From Planctomycetota bacterium (GTDB taxonomy: Bacteria > Planctomycetota > PLA2 > JAEUHO01), in the NCBI GenBank assembly GCA_965222115.1, contig CBDCTJ010000001.1, forward strand, positions 384,001-448,000: 64,000 bases of DNA. Reading direction: 5' to 3'. The position numbers were made by a program, and so were the translations under genes. Under the pieces are notes generated by a model, which was not told the origin of the DNA, did not search any database, and worked only from the letters and a program-made list of their open reading frames with translations. Below, piece by piece: positions 31,074-40,473 of this stretch (positions within the stretch are counted from its first letter, which is position 1; every line of letters starts with the position of its first letter).

Positions 31074-32636
31074 CTACCGCGGCGCGTCCGGGGGCAGATA
31101 GGGATCAAGCGGCGCATCATTCGGAGGACGGTACGGCGCCAACCCCCGCCCGTCACCTTGCCGGAGTGGGCGGGGCGCAAGAATTGGCGGACGTGGCGAG
31201 GAGATGTCGGCTGGAATCTGAGTTGGTCTCGGCAAGGGGCGCAAAGACGCACGAACCCCCGACGATGGCGTCAAGTATCCGGCCGCGCGGGCGAGCCAAT
31301 AGGCAAAGAGCCAGTCGGCGCGCGTGTGTGTGAGCGTTGGGTGCCGCGCGTTGCCTGCACTCGCGCGATAGAGCGTGCGCGGTGAACTCTTCCACACCCA
31401 CGTGGACGGCACGCGGTGATTGATTCGTGTGATGCCCGAAGACTCTGTGCGCGTAGCGCCTGCAGGCGGCACTTCCTCCTCGCCAAGCACATGCAGACAG
31501 ACGCGGAGTTCATCGACGGTCGCACCCGCGCGCACGGGGGCGCGCCCAAGCAGCGATGTCGCACATATGGCACCATGCCACCATCCGCGCGTTCGCTCAC
31601 GCAGCCGTGCAAGTCCCCGCTGCGCCGCGCGCGCGGTCTTAGCATCCGCGTGCAGCGCCACAGACAAGAGTGCCAACGACGCCATGTTTACATTCGACGC
31701 AGAAAGAAACGGACCGAACCACGTCAACTGCTCGGCGAGTGCATCGCGGTAACCGCTCTTGATCAGTCGTCGCATACGACGGTAGTTGGTCGCACTAGAA
31801 TTGTGGGCCTGTGCCATCACAAAGGGTGCAAGGCCCATCGCGGCGTACGAGCCGTTCTTGACCATCTTGAGCACCTGCACGTCATGACGCAACTCGCCGT
31901 GCTCCGTGCGCTTGCCGCGATGGTCGCGCAACCACATATCATCGTCGCGTAGCGTGTGTGCGATCTCCGTAATCGCTTGCACAGCCAATGAACGAATCTC
32001 AGGGTCATCCACAAACTTGAGGATGCACGCCCAGCCAATGCAGACACCAGCCAACTGGTCGCGGCTCACGTCGTATCGAAACGTAAGGCCGGGATGATTC
32101 GGTGAAGCGGCGAGTTTTTTACCGATTCCAACACCCGGGAATTGGCGTCCAACGGTGCGTACGAGTCGTCCCGGACGACCTGTAACTCGTGAGAGCAATG
32201 CCAAGCCATGCGCCAAACGCCGAAGCTCAGCAAGTGCCGCGGGATCGCGCGTGACGTGGTATCGACACGCCTGGGCCGCGGCATAACAACCACTCCAAAT
32301 CGCCGTGTCGGCGCCACCGAGTGCCTCGTGGCTCAGCCGAGACGGGCTAGCGCCGCGTGTATGGCGATACACGAGAAGGCCTTCGGGCGAAATATGTGCT
32401 GCCATCTTGGCTTGGATTCGTGCAGCGCGCCTGGCAAGCATGTCGTCGGTGCGACTGGCGAGCGGCACCAATGCGCGTCCCTGACCGGGTGCGTTTCGAC
32501 GGCGTGCCCCTTCGGCGGCGGAGGCAAGAACAGGAATCAACATAAAACAACTCGCAAGGCGAAGGAGTCGCTGGGCCCGGCACTTGCTTGCGTACCGTAT
32601 AGAGCGAACTCGCTCGAGACGAGTCACTCGCAACAT
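31074..32636 (-). CDS. Hypothetical secreted protein, possibly an alpha/alpha-barrel
   Basis: 520-aa ORF within an apparent operon; motifs DTAIWSGCY, VTGRPGRLVR, DVSRDQLAG. True start may be downstream (~32543). Confidence 0.6.
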   Translation of the reverse strand: MLRVTRLERVRSIRYASKCRAQRLLRLASCFMLIPVLASAAEGARRRNAPGQGRALVPLASRTDDMLARRAARIQAKMAAHISPEGLLVYRHTRGASPSRLSHEALGGADTAIWSGCYAAAQACRYHVTRDPAALAELRRLAHGLALLSRVTGRPGRLVRTVGRQFPGVGIGKKLAASPNHPGLTFRYDVSRDQLAGVCIGWACILKFVDDPEIRSLAVQAITEIAHTLRDDDMWLRDHRGKRTEHGELRHDVQVLKMVKNGSYAAMGLAPFVMAQAHNSSATNYRRMRRLIKSGYRDALAEQLTWFGPFLSASNVNMASLALLSVALHADAKTARAAQRGLARLRERTRGWWHGAICATSLLGRAPVRAGATVDELRVCLHVLGEEEVPPAGATRTESSGITRINHRVPSTWVWKSSPRTLYRASAGNARHPTLTHTRADWLFAYWLARAAGYLTPSSGVRASLRPLPRPTQIPADISSPRPPILAPRPLRQGDGRGLAPYRPPNDAPLDPYLPPDAPR

Positions 32637-32926
32637 TCCATGACCTGAAACTGTGGCTCGCGCACGTGACGGTAGGCAATCTCGGGGAGCCCTTTACCCG
32701 TGCGCACCAACGTACTCATGCGCTGGTAGGCCTCACGACTATCAAGTTCGTTCACTTCAACGAGGCGTCCGGTGGGCCCGGCCTCGCCCATCTCCACGAA
32801 GACCTCATAGCGCGACGAACCGTTGGCTTCCCAATAGGGCTTGAGTTCCTCGCGTGCGCGGCGCAGAAACTCTTCACGGTGGCAGGCGTCCACGTGAAAC
32901 GTAACCAAACTAAGCACACGGGCCAT
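32624..32926 (-). CDS. NIPSNAP/dimeric alpha-beta barrel family protein
   Basis: AGGAG RBS; pattern F.V....REEFL....LKPYWE..G....F. Confidence 0.6.
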   Translation of the reverse strand: MARVLSLVTFHVDACHREEFLRRAREELKPYWEANGSSRYEVFVEMGEAGPTGRLVEVNELDSREAYQRMSTLVRTGKGLPEIAYRHVREPQFQVMECCE

Positions 32927-33096
32927 GGACAGGGACTCCTGAAGACTCGGCAGCATCCGGCATGCATGCGCGGTTGGCGACCACGCGTAGCCTACCGCCA
33001 GCGTGGGGATGTCGTAGCTCCGCAATCGTCTGCCATCACGCATTGAATCGACCGCGCGGTTGATACCCTTCCCCGACGAGCGTCTATCCTACGCGG

Positions 33097-33516
33097 ATGC
33101 TCCGCCTGCTTTGGTTACTCCTCGCGGCCGCCCTGGCCGCCACCGTCTTGCTCCTTCGGACGCCCGACGTAGGGAACGATCGAACCGACGACGTGCCCGA
33201 TGCGCCCCGAGCGAAACACGCGCCGAGTGAGCCGACAGAACGCGCGCCCTACACCGACGTATGCACGTTGGCCGTCAAAGTGGTCGATGAGCATGACGAA
33301 CCGCTCCGGGGCGTGACGGCCGGCTTTCGTGCGCTGGGCGAGGAATCGACGCGGCAAACCAATGCGCGCGGCGAAGCCGTATTCACATCGGTGCCGGCGG
33401 GCATGGTCGAAGTCTTCGCCCGCGCGCCAAAACGCCGCGAGGTGACCACGCGCCGCCCCCTACCTGCCGGGATTCAATCCGATGTTCGCCTTAGCTTCGG
33501 GACGGCCCGCCGCTAA
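33097..33516 (+). CDS. Small membrane-anchored carboxypeptidase-regulatory-like (Ig-type) domain protein
   Basis: N-terminal TM helix; VKVVDEHDEPLRGV...TNARGEAVF..VPAG pattern. Confidence 0.65.
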   Translation: MLRLLWLLLAAALAATVLLLRTPDVGNDRTDDVPDAPRAKHAPSEPTERAPYTDVCTLAVKVVDEHDEPLRGVTAGFRALGEESTRQTNARGEAVFTSVPAGMVEVFARAPKRREVTTRRPLPAGIQSDVRLSFGTARR

Positions 33517-33714
33517 CCATTCGCTCGCCAGGATTTTTCGTCAATTGGAGCCGGACGCGGGTGGTTCCCCCCGATTCAGGGGCTACCCTTACGTGGAGCG
33601 GATCCCAATGGACGGGACGGCCCATGAATCGCCGTACGTCTGCGTGCGTCAATCGGCACGTTTGATCCAACGTTAGTAGAAATCGTTGCTCGTGAACCAC
33701 TGGAGGCTGATCCC

Positions 33715-35505
33715 ATGTCCCTACGATCGATGAACGCACGGCGGCGGGTTGGACTAGTTGCTGCGCTGATTTTGATTCCCCTTGCGGCGTTATTCCTTGT
33801 GCCTGGCCTACTTCCTGCAAACGCGGAAGACGGACCTGCACCGGCGCCCGCCGCCAAGAAGCCCGTTGAGAAGGTAGCGCCATCAGTACCTAAGGCGCCC
33901 GATCTACTCGCCAAGATGATTCCAAGCGACGCGGTCGCCCTCATCTACGCCCCCAATGTCGAGACCTTGCTCGGGAAAGTACGGGCCTTGGTCGCGCGCG
34001 CCGATGAACAGGCCGCATCAGGCATTACGACGGCGGAGATGTTCCAGGGTTCGGGTATTCCCGTTGAACACATCGATGCGACGCGTCCCTTTGCCCTTGC
34101 CGTCACGTTTATGGAGAACGGCGAGCCGGCGCCCACATTTATCGTTCCCTGTAGCGATGCCAATGCCGCCAAGCAGCAAATGGGCGAGCGTGCCCCCGCG
34201 CTTGCCGTGGGCGACTACCTCGCATTGGGCATGGCTGGTCAACCCTCATTGGGCGAAAATCGCAGTCCGATGGTGGATGGGCTTCCGGGTGCCGACGTAA
34301 CCGTGCGCATCAACTTCGTCAAAGTCATGGAAGCCATGGGCGACCAGATCAATGGCGCGATGGATGAGTTGAGCGGCGCGGGCGGTTCTGGACCCAACGC
34401 CGGAGGCGGTATGCCGGGCATGCCTCCCCAACTGCAAGACATGGTGACTGGTTTCGTCGACGGCGTAAAGACGTTCTTGAATGCGTCAGAGCGCCTTGAC
34501 ATCACGGCGTCGATCGAAGGTGGTGAGTTGCAGCTGGGCGGTCACTTGCTTGTCAAGGCTGGCAGTTCGCTTGTCTCCAAGGACACAGACGCCAGTGCAA
34601 ACCTGTTGGCCATGGGCAGCTTCTTGCCCACGGGTGCCCCGCTAAGTGGGCTCATGAACTTCGATGCATCGGCATTTACCGAATTCTTCAAAACCGTCAT
34701 GGACGCGGCCGTCGAACAACTGCCCGAAGAAGAACGTGCGGATGCGAAGAAATACTTCGATGAAACCATGGCCATCATGACTGAAATCGGTCCTGGCTAC
34801 GCATTTACGCTCTCAATGCCCAAGTCGGGCATGGCCGTGACGCAGATCTGCGACGCCAAGGACCCCGCCGGTTACATCACGCGCGCCAAGGCACTCTTCG
34901 AGAACAAGTACATGCAAAAGAGCGGCATGAAGTTGAAGGCCGCGTCAACCATCCCCGTGGCGGGCATCGAAGTTCACAAGTTTGATCTCGCGATTGATGC
35001 GAAGGCCATGATGGCGGGCCCCGCCGGTCAAAACAATGCTGGCGCTCAGGAGATGGACGAAGTCATGGGCAAGGCCATGCAGGCGTTCTTCGGCGGCGAG
35101 CACATGACGATGTACGTCGCGGCCGTAGAAAACAAACTCGTTTACCACATCGGCACCGACGTCGCCGAAATTACGCGCATCATTGAAGCGATGTCTAAGG
35201 GCGTGCGCGGCACGACACCACCCCGCTTGGCACAGGCCATTCGGCGCACGGGAGGCCACCCCGTCTTTTTGGTGGACGTTGAGATTCGCACGTTGGCTAA
35301 GCAAGTCATGTCGGCGATTGCTGCGGCGGCACCGGAAAACAGCAATATGTCCATGCCCGAGCTTCCCGATGGCGATCCCATACGCGGGTTGATCTTTGCG
35401 ACGTCCAAGGGACGCGATCACCGGGGAGGACTCCACCTGGACGTCGGATCGCTCATCGACATGATCGTTGATGCGCAGCAGCCCTCCGGACCACGCAACA
35501 AGTAG
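33715..35505 (+). CDS. Secreted hypothetical protein (DUF3352-like)
   Basis: Signal peptide (LPANA-E), IPSDAVALI and IDATRPFALA; Met/Gly-rich. Confidence 0.6.
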   Translation: MSLRSMNARRRVGLVAALILIPLAALFLVPGLLPANAEDGPAPAPAAKKPVEKVAPSVPKAPDLLAKMIPSDAVALIYAPNVETLLGKVRALVARADEQAASGITTAEMFQGSGIPVEHIDATRPFALAVTFMENGEPAPTFIVPCSDANAAKQQMGERAPALAVGDYLALGMAGQPSLGENRSPMVDGLPGADVTVRINFVKVMEAMGDQINGAMDELSGAGGSGPNAGGGMPGMPPQLQDMVTGFVDGVKTFLNASERLDITASIEGGELQLGGHLLVKAGSSLVSKDTDASANLLAMGSFLPTGAPLSGLMNFDASAFTEFFKTVMDAAVEQLPEEERADAKKYFDETMAIMTEIGPGYAFTLSMPKSGMAVTQICDAKDPAGYITRAKALFENKYMQKSGMKLKAASTIPVAGIEVHKFDLAIDAKAMMAGPAGQNNAGAQEMDEVMGKAMQAFFGGEHMTMYVAAVENKLVYHIGTDVAEITRIIEAMSKGVRGTTPPRLAQAIRRTGGHPVFLVDVEIRTLAKQVMSAIAAAAPENSNMSMPELPDGDPIRGLIFATSKGRDHRGGLHLDVGSLIDMIVDAQQPSGPRNK

Positions 35506-35539
35506 TGCGTGTGCAAACGACGCGCATGACCACAGCAGT

Positions 35540-36781
35540 ATGACCAAAGACAACTGGAACGAGCGGTACTTCCGTAAGGGACTTGGACTTCGCGCCGACG
35601 CGCGCACCGAGGTGTCCACGGCGTACCGCTCGGACTGGGTACAAGCGTTCAAGGAGCACGGGTTTCGCCTACGTCTCGGCGACGATTCACGCTCCGTTAC
35701 GTTCAAGCTCGCGCGCGAGTTCGGCTTCTGCTACGGCGTCGAACGCAGCGTGGACTATGCCTACGAGACACTGATGCGCTTTCCGGGTCGTCGCATCATT
35801 TTGACCGGTGAGATCATTCACAACCCAAGCGTCAATCAGCGTCTACGCGACCAGGGCATTTGCTTTATGGGCGAGGGCGATCTGAAAGACAGCAGCGCCA
35901 TCACGCCCGAAGACGTCGTCATCTTGCCGGCCTTCGGGGTGGCCACCACGCCCTTTGATGAAATCCGCAAGAGCGGTGCGGTGGTGGTCGACACGACATG
36001 CGGGAGCGTGCTCAACGTGTGGAAGAACGTAGAGCGCTATGCCCGCGATGGATTGACGTCGCTGGTGCACGGCAAGGTGAATCACGAAGAGACGCGCGCA
36101 ACGGTCAGTCGTACGCGCCTCTATGAAGATGCCCACTACATCGTGGTACTCGACATGGACGATGCCACGCACGTGGCCGATGTGATTCGTGGCACCAGGC
36201 CCGCCGCGTCGATTTTGATGCGCTTCCCCCACCCCCATACGTCACAGGAATTTGATCCAGAACGACACTTGGCTCGCATCGGTGTGGCCAACCAGACCAC
36301 GATGTTGTCAAGCGAGTCGTTGGCCATCGCGCGCACGATTGGGGAAGTGCTCGAAGCCCGTTATGGCGAGCGCAGCGACACAAACCGCTTTCGTTCATTT
36401 GACACCATTTGCTCCGCCACCCAAGACCGACAAGACGCGCTGCGTGATCTCATTGCGGAACCCCTCGATCTGCTGCTGGTCATCGGCGGGCACAACTCGT
36501 CCAACACCGGACATCTGGCGGAGATGGCCGAGGGTGTCGTGCCCGCATTTCATATCGAGTCCGCCAACGACTTGCTCGACGTCAAAACGATTCGCCACAA
36601 GCCCGTCGGTCAGCCCGTGGACAAAAAAGCGCCGGCCAACGCCAGTGACTGGTTGCCCATCGACAAGCCGCATCTCACGATCGGGCTCACGGCTGGCGCG
36701 TCCACGCCCGACGCCGCGGTGGGCGCCACCGTGGATCGTGTGCTCGCACTATTCGACATTGCCCTCACACCAGCAGGCTAA
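35540..36781 (+). CDS. ispH: 4-hydroxy-3-methylbut-2-enyl diphosphate reductase
   Basis: Three Fe-S cysteines (GFCYGV, DTTC, DTICSAT), plus EIIHN, NQTT, SSNT, TAGASTP. Confidence 0.95.
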   Translation: MTKDNWNERYFRKGLGLRADARTEVSTAYRSDWVQAFKEHGFRLRLGDDSRSVTFKLAREFGFCYGVERSVDYAYETLMRFPGRRIILTGEIIHNPSVNQRLRDQGICFMGEGDLKDSSAITPEDVVILPAFGVATTPFDEIRKSGAVVVDTTCGSVLNVWKNVERYARDGLTSLVHGKVNHEETRATVSRTRLYEDAHYIVVLDMDDATHVADVIRGTRPAASILMRFPHPHTSQEFDPERHLARIGVANQTTMLSSESLAIARTIGEVLEARYGERSDTNRFRSFDTICSATQDRQDALRDLIAEPLDLLLVIGGHNSSNTGHLAEMAEGVVPAFHIESANDLLDVKTIRHKPVGQPVDKKAPANASDWLPIDKPHLTIGLTAGASTPDAAVGATVDRVLALFDIALTPAG

Positions 36782-36820
36782 GCCGCCACGAACGGGTCAC
36801 CCCGCAGGTACGATTCCCGT

Positions 36821-37771
36821 ATGTCGCTCGTCACCACTCCGATGATCGCGTCCATGCTCGTTCCGGGCATGCTGATTGCCGCGTGCATCGCTCTCGGGTT
36901 CTTGCTCTTCATCTACGTGCGCACATTGAAGCAACTCGATACGATTCGCGATGCACAGGCGGCGCAAGCCAAGGCGCACAAGCAGCAGATTCATGCCGTC
37001 ATGGAACAGGCGCAACGTGACCAAGCGAGCAGCGACGCACTGCGCCTCGATGTGCAACACACCACGGCCAAGCTCGAGGGCACCACAAATCACCTGGATG
37101 AGCTCGATGCCCACATCTCCTCACTGCGTCGTGAACTTGCGCATGGTCAGAATGTATTGCGTGGTCAAGTGGGACGCATGGCATTACAACTTGACGACAC
37201 ACACGCCGCCCAAGCCGCCGTCCGACGAGACTTGGCGGGCGCAGACGCCGCGGAGTCGTCCAAACGCGCGTGGAAAAAGCGTATCGATCGCACCGCCACG
37301 GCGGCCAGTGAACACGTGGAGCGGCTTCGTCGCTCGCTCGATGCAATGGAGACGCGGCTGTCCACAAGCCTGGACGCGTTGTCATCACGGCTGAACAATA
37401 TTGAATCAGATTCGCCGAGAAAGCCCACCTCCACAACGCGACCTGCGGCACTACGTACTCATCGACTGCCCGCCGTGGACGCACCGTACAAGCGAGAGGC
37501 GTACGTGCGGAAGACCGTGCAACCGTCTCGATCGATTGCACACGATCCAGCGACGGATTCTCAGATGCTCCATGCGTCACCCACGAATTCCACGGCAGAC
37601 GTATGGGCACATTCAACAGAAGCAAAGTCCGACACACGTTGGGCATCGCTCATGGCGTCTCATGCTGCGCCCACACCGGAAACCGACGACGAGGACGACA
37701 TGCCGTCGGGTTGGGTATTTCTCGGCCTGTTTCTTGTAGTTGCCGCCGGCCTTTACAAACTCATGTTTTAG
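36821..37771 (+). CDS. Hypothetical coiled-coil protein with N- and C-terminal TM helices
   Basis: Hydrophobic ends flank a heptad-rich middle and a disordered linker. Confidence 0.6.
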   Translation: MSLVTTPMIASMLVPGMLIAACIALGFLLFIYVRTLKQLDTIRDAQAAQAKAHKQQIHAVMEQAQRDQASSDALRLDVQHTTAKLEGTTNHLDELDAHISSLRRELAHGQNVLRGQVGRMALQLDDTHAAQAAVRRDLAGADAAESSKRAWKKRIDRTATAASEHVERLRRSLDAMETRLSTSLDALSSRLNNIESDSPRKPTSTTRPAALRTHRLPAVDAPYKREAYVRKTVQPSRSIAHDPATDSQMLHASPTNSTADVWAHSTEAKSDTRWASLMASHAAPTPETDDEDDMPSGWVFLGLFLVVAAGLYKLMF

Positions 37772-37777
37772 CCTGAG

Positions 37778-40315
37778 CTATCGCTGGATGCGGTAAACGA
37801 CACCTGATGGGCCTGGCGCGTAGTCAGACACTTCGTCGTTTAGAAACAGAATGCGGACTTCGTTCGTGCCGGGACTCTGCGCGTCAATCTCGTTCAGCGG
37901 GATAGCAAACTCAATGTCGGTAGCGCTTGTGAGCGGATTCATCGTAACCGGACCTATATAGCCCGAACTAAAGTTCCCCGCCGCCTGCGTATGCAGGGCG
38001 TTCCCCGCAACAAGGAGTTCACTCCCCACGGTAGGTGACGGTGCAAAGCCTGTGGAGGGATCGTTGTCGGTGTCGAACATGATCAACATGCGGGAGTACA
38101 CGAAGCCCGGCGAACCGTCCACGTTGAACGCGTTCTCCGATGTAAAGCGCACGTAGAGATTGTCGCTGTCATTGACCACCCAAATGGAACGCCAATCGGG
38201 ACCCGAAGAATCGGGGACGTCCGCTGGATCCTCCACCAGTGGTGTCACGAGCGCCCAATCGTCCATTGTGCCGTCAATCGTAATCGTGACGTGTCGCAGC
38301 GGCGTGGCATGCAACGTGACCGTGTTCTTCTCTTCATTGCCGAGCTCGTCCTTTGCGCGAATGCAGCAGTAATAGGTCGTGCCTTCGCGGAGACCCGTCA
38401 CCTCAAACTGGTTTGCAAACTCCGCAGGTCCATAACCCAGTGACGGTGGCGCATAGGGCGTGAGCGCCAAGGCCGTGGCTTGGGTGAGATTTGGATCCCC
38501 CACAAAGTCCAATGGACTCGTGCTGTAGTAGAGCGTGTACTCGACCTTGTGCATGTCCAACGCAACGTCCCAACGAACGAGCATGCAGTCGGGCCCAGGC
38601 TCGATCGCTTGGATGCCGACGCGCGGTGTGGGGGCATCCGGCTCGATGGGCCAGGGATGCACATTGTCGTTGTAGGTGCTCGACCAACGCGGTGCCTCGT
38701 TGTCCGTGAGGTCGTGGTAAAAGCGAACAAACTCATTGGGCAAGATCAGCCCGGCGTCGGTGAGGTAGTGGCGCATACCCATCAAGGTCTCGGCCTCGTA
38801 GATATCGGTCATCAGTTCATCGAATCCCACACTTGACGCACCAATCAACGTATTGACGTTCATCTCCGAAGGTGGGCCTTCCGCATAGCCAAGCGACAGC
38901 ACACGAAAGCCGTCTTCCCGCGCCGCCTCGGCCATGATGGCAGGTAAGAAGTTGTGTTTGTTGTCGGCGAAGAAGTAGGGCGAGTAAAGACTCTGGTTGT
39001 GTGAATCGAGTCGGTAACTTTCGACCAAGAGGATGTCGATGTACGCACGCGTGTTGACGGCATACTGCGGCTTTCGGCTATCAAAGAAGAACATGGCGCG
39101 GTTTTGCAGGATGACCGCGTCGGGATACGCCGTGCGAAGACGGGCATAGAAGTCACGAAACCCTACGGCCGTCCATTCAAACTCGGATTGGTTGGGTGAG
39201 CTTCCGTCCGTGAAGTAGTTTGGCGCACACGTCTCGGTCGTATCCAGAAAGAGACCGTCAAGCCCATAGCCTCGCCCGACATCGGTGCGTAGAAGTTCCT
39301 TGAAGCCGGGGAAACCATCGGCGCCATCAAAGAGCATGTTGTCTACGACGTCAAACCACGCAGGGTCTCCCGCATTTACATAGCAGCCGCCGAATATCGA
39401 ATTGCGATCGGGGATACCGTCACCGATATCGTTGGGATCGTTGTCCACCGCGTTGTCATTGAGGTAATAAGAGGCAAAGCCGGTGCCCCCCGGTGCCGGA
39501 TCCCCAAGAGGATCAAGACCTTCAATCGGACCGCCATCCGCGTCGGGCCCACGGGGATCAACACGCGGCCCGGTGCCGTCACCCACAAAGCGGGGATCGG
39601 CAAGCATCTGTGCCGTCGTCATGCCGATCGTACGACTATCTTCGCCAATCGTTTTGTAACCCAGTACAAGGCAATCGTCGCGAGGGTCCGTTGGATCAAC
39701 ACCATCCATGATGTCTTGCGCCGTTGCAACCGACACGTTGCCATTGAACGGGTGAATGATTACCAATCGATACGATTCGGCCAACCGCAACGTTGTGGCG
39801 TCTATGGCGCCGTAGTGAATGAAGTAGTCATCCAACTGTGCGATCAATGTCTTCCGGTTGTTGATGGGGGGCAGCGTAACAATCCGAGGCATTCCGTGCG
39901 CGCCGTCTCGGACCGGCGTAATCCGAACGCGGCCGCTCGTTATGGGGCGCGGCCCCAAATCGGCCAATGAGTCCCAGCGTACGGTGCGCTTATCTCCGTT
40001 CGAGCTCACGTCTTGCGCTTCCGCAGCATCGATGAGGCTCGCGGGATGCCACGACTGCCCACCATCGTAGGAGGTCTCAACGAGTAGGTCGAGTGGTTGG
40101 CCATCACCGGTTGCAGCGATCGCCAACGGTACGTCGCCCCTCGAATCCACCGGCCACGTCACGGAAGCTATGCCGGCATCCAATGTGGCCGGCGCCGGTG
40201 GAGCACCACCGCCTCCTCCGCCCGAACCGCATGCGGTCAGCGCAAGCGCCAACGCGCCGAGTGCGATCGGTACCCAAACGAAAACGAACACACTGTCTTG
40301 ATTCTTGCCACCCAT
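37778..40315 (-). CDS. Large lipoprotein: PelA/GH114-like TIM-barrel glycoside hydrolase, Fn3 and a C-terminal beta-sandwich
   Basis: Lipobox ALTA-C-GSGGG; LGYKTIGED, AGDPAWFD, GLDGLFLDT, ILQNRA, LLVES; Fn3 (GLREGTTYYCCIRAKD); ITIDGTMDDW domain. Confidence 0.65.
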   Translation of the reverse strand: MGGKNQDSVFVFVWVPIALGALALALTACGSGGGGGGAPPAPATLDAGIASVTWPVDSRGDVPLAIAATGDGQPLDLLVETSYDGGQSWHPASLIDAAEAQDVSSNGDKRTVRWDSLADLGPRPITSGRVRITPVRDGAHGMPRIVTLPPINNRKTLIAQLDDYFIHYGAIDATTLRLAESYRLVIIHPFNGNVSVATAQDIMDGVDPTDPRDDCLVLGYKTIGEDSRTIGMTTAQMLADPRFVGDGTGPRVDPRGPDADGGPIEGLDPLGDPAPGGTGFASYYLNDNAVDNDPNDIGDGIPDRNSIFGGCYVNAGDPAWFDVVDNMLFDGADGFPGFKELLRTDVGRGYGLDGLFLDTTETCAPNYFTDGSSPNQSEFEWTAVGFRDFYARLRTAYPDAVILQNRAMFFFDSRKPQYAVNTRAYIDILLVESYRLDSHNQSLYSPYFFADNKHNFLPAIMAEAAREDGFRVLSLGYAEGPPSEMNVNTLIGASSVGFDELMTDIYEAETLMGMRHYLTDAGLILPNEFVRFYHDLTDNEAPRWSSTYNDNVHPWPIEPDAPTPRVGIQAIEPGPDCMLVRWDVALDMHKVEYTLYYSTSPLDFVGDPNLTQATALALTPYAPPSLGYGPAEFANQFEVTGLREGTTYYCCIRAKDELGNEEKNTVTLHATPLRHVTITIDGTMDDWALVTPLVEDPADVPDSSGPDWRSIWVVNDSDNLYVRFTSENAFNVDGSPGFVYSRMLIMFDTDNDPSTGFAPSPTVGSELLVAGNALHTQAAGNFSSGYIGPVTMNPLTSATDIEFAIPLNEIDAQSPGTNEVRILFLNDEVSDYAPGPSGVVYRIQR

Positions 40316-40473
40316 GTCTCCCAATCGACGATCTATGGGTACGGACTGAACGACGATACCGTGTTGATTTGACTTGCTGGACGTTTGACGACAATTGGAC
40401 TTACAGCGGAACTCAAAACATTCAAACGGATGCCCGTTAGGTGTGTACACCGTTTCACAGGTATGGTCCTGCA

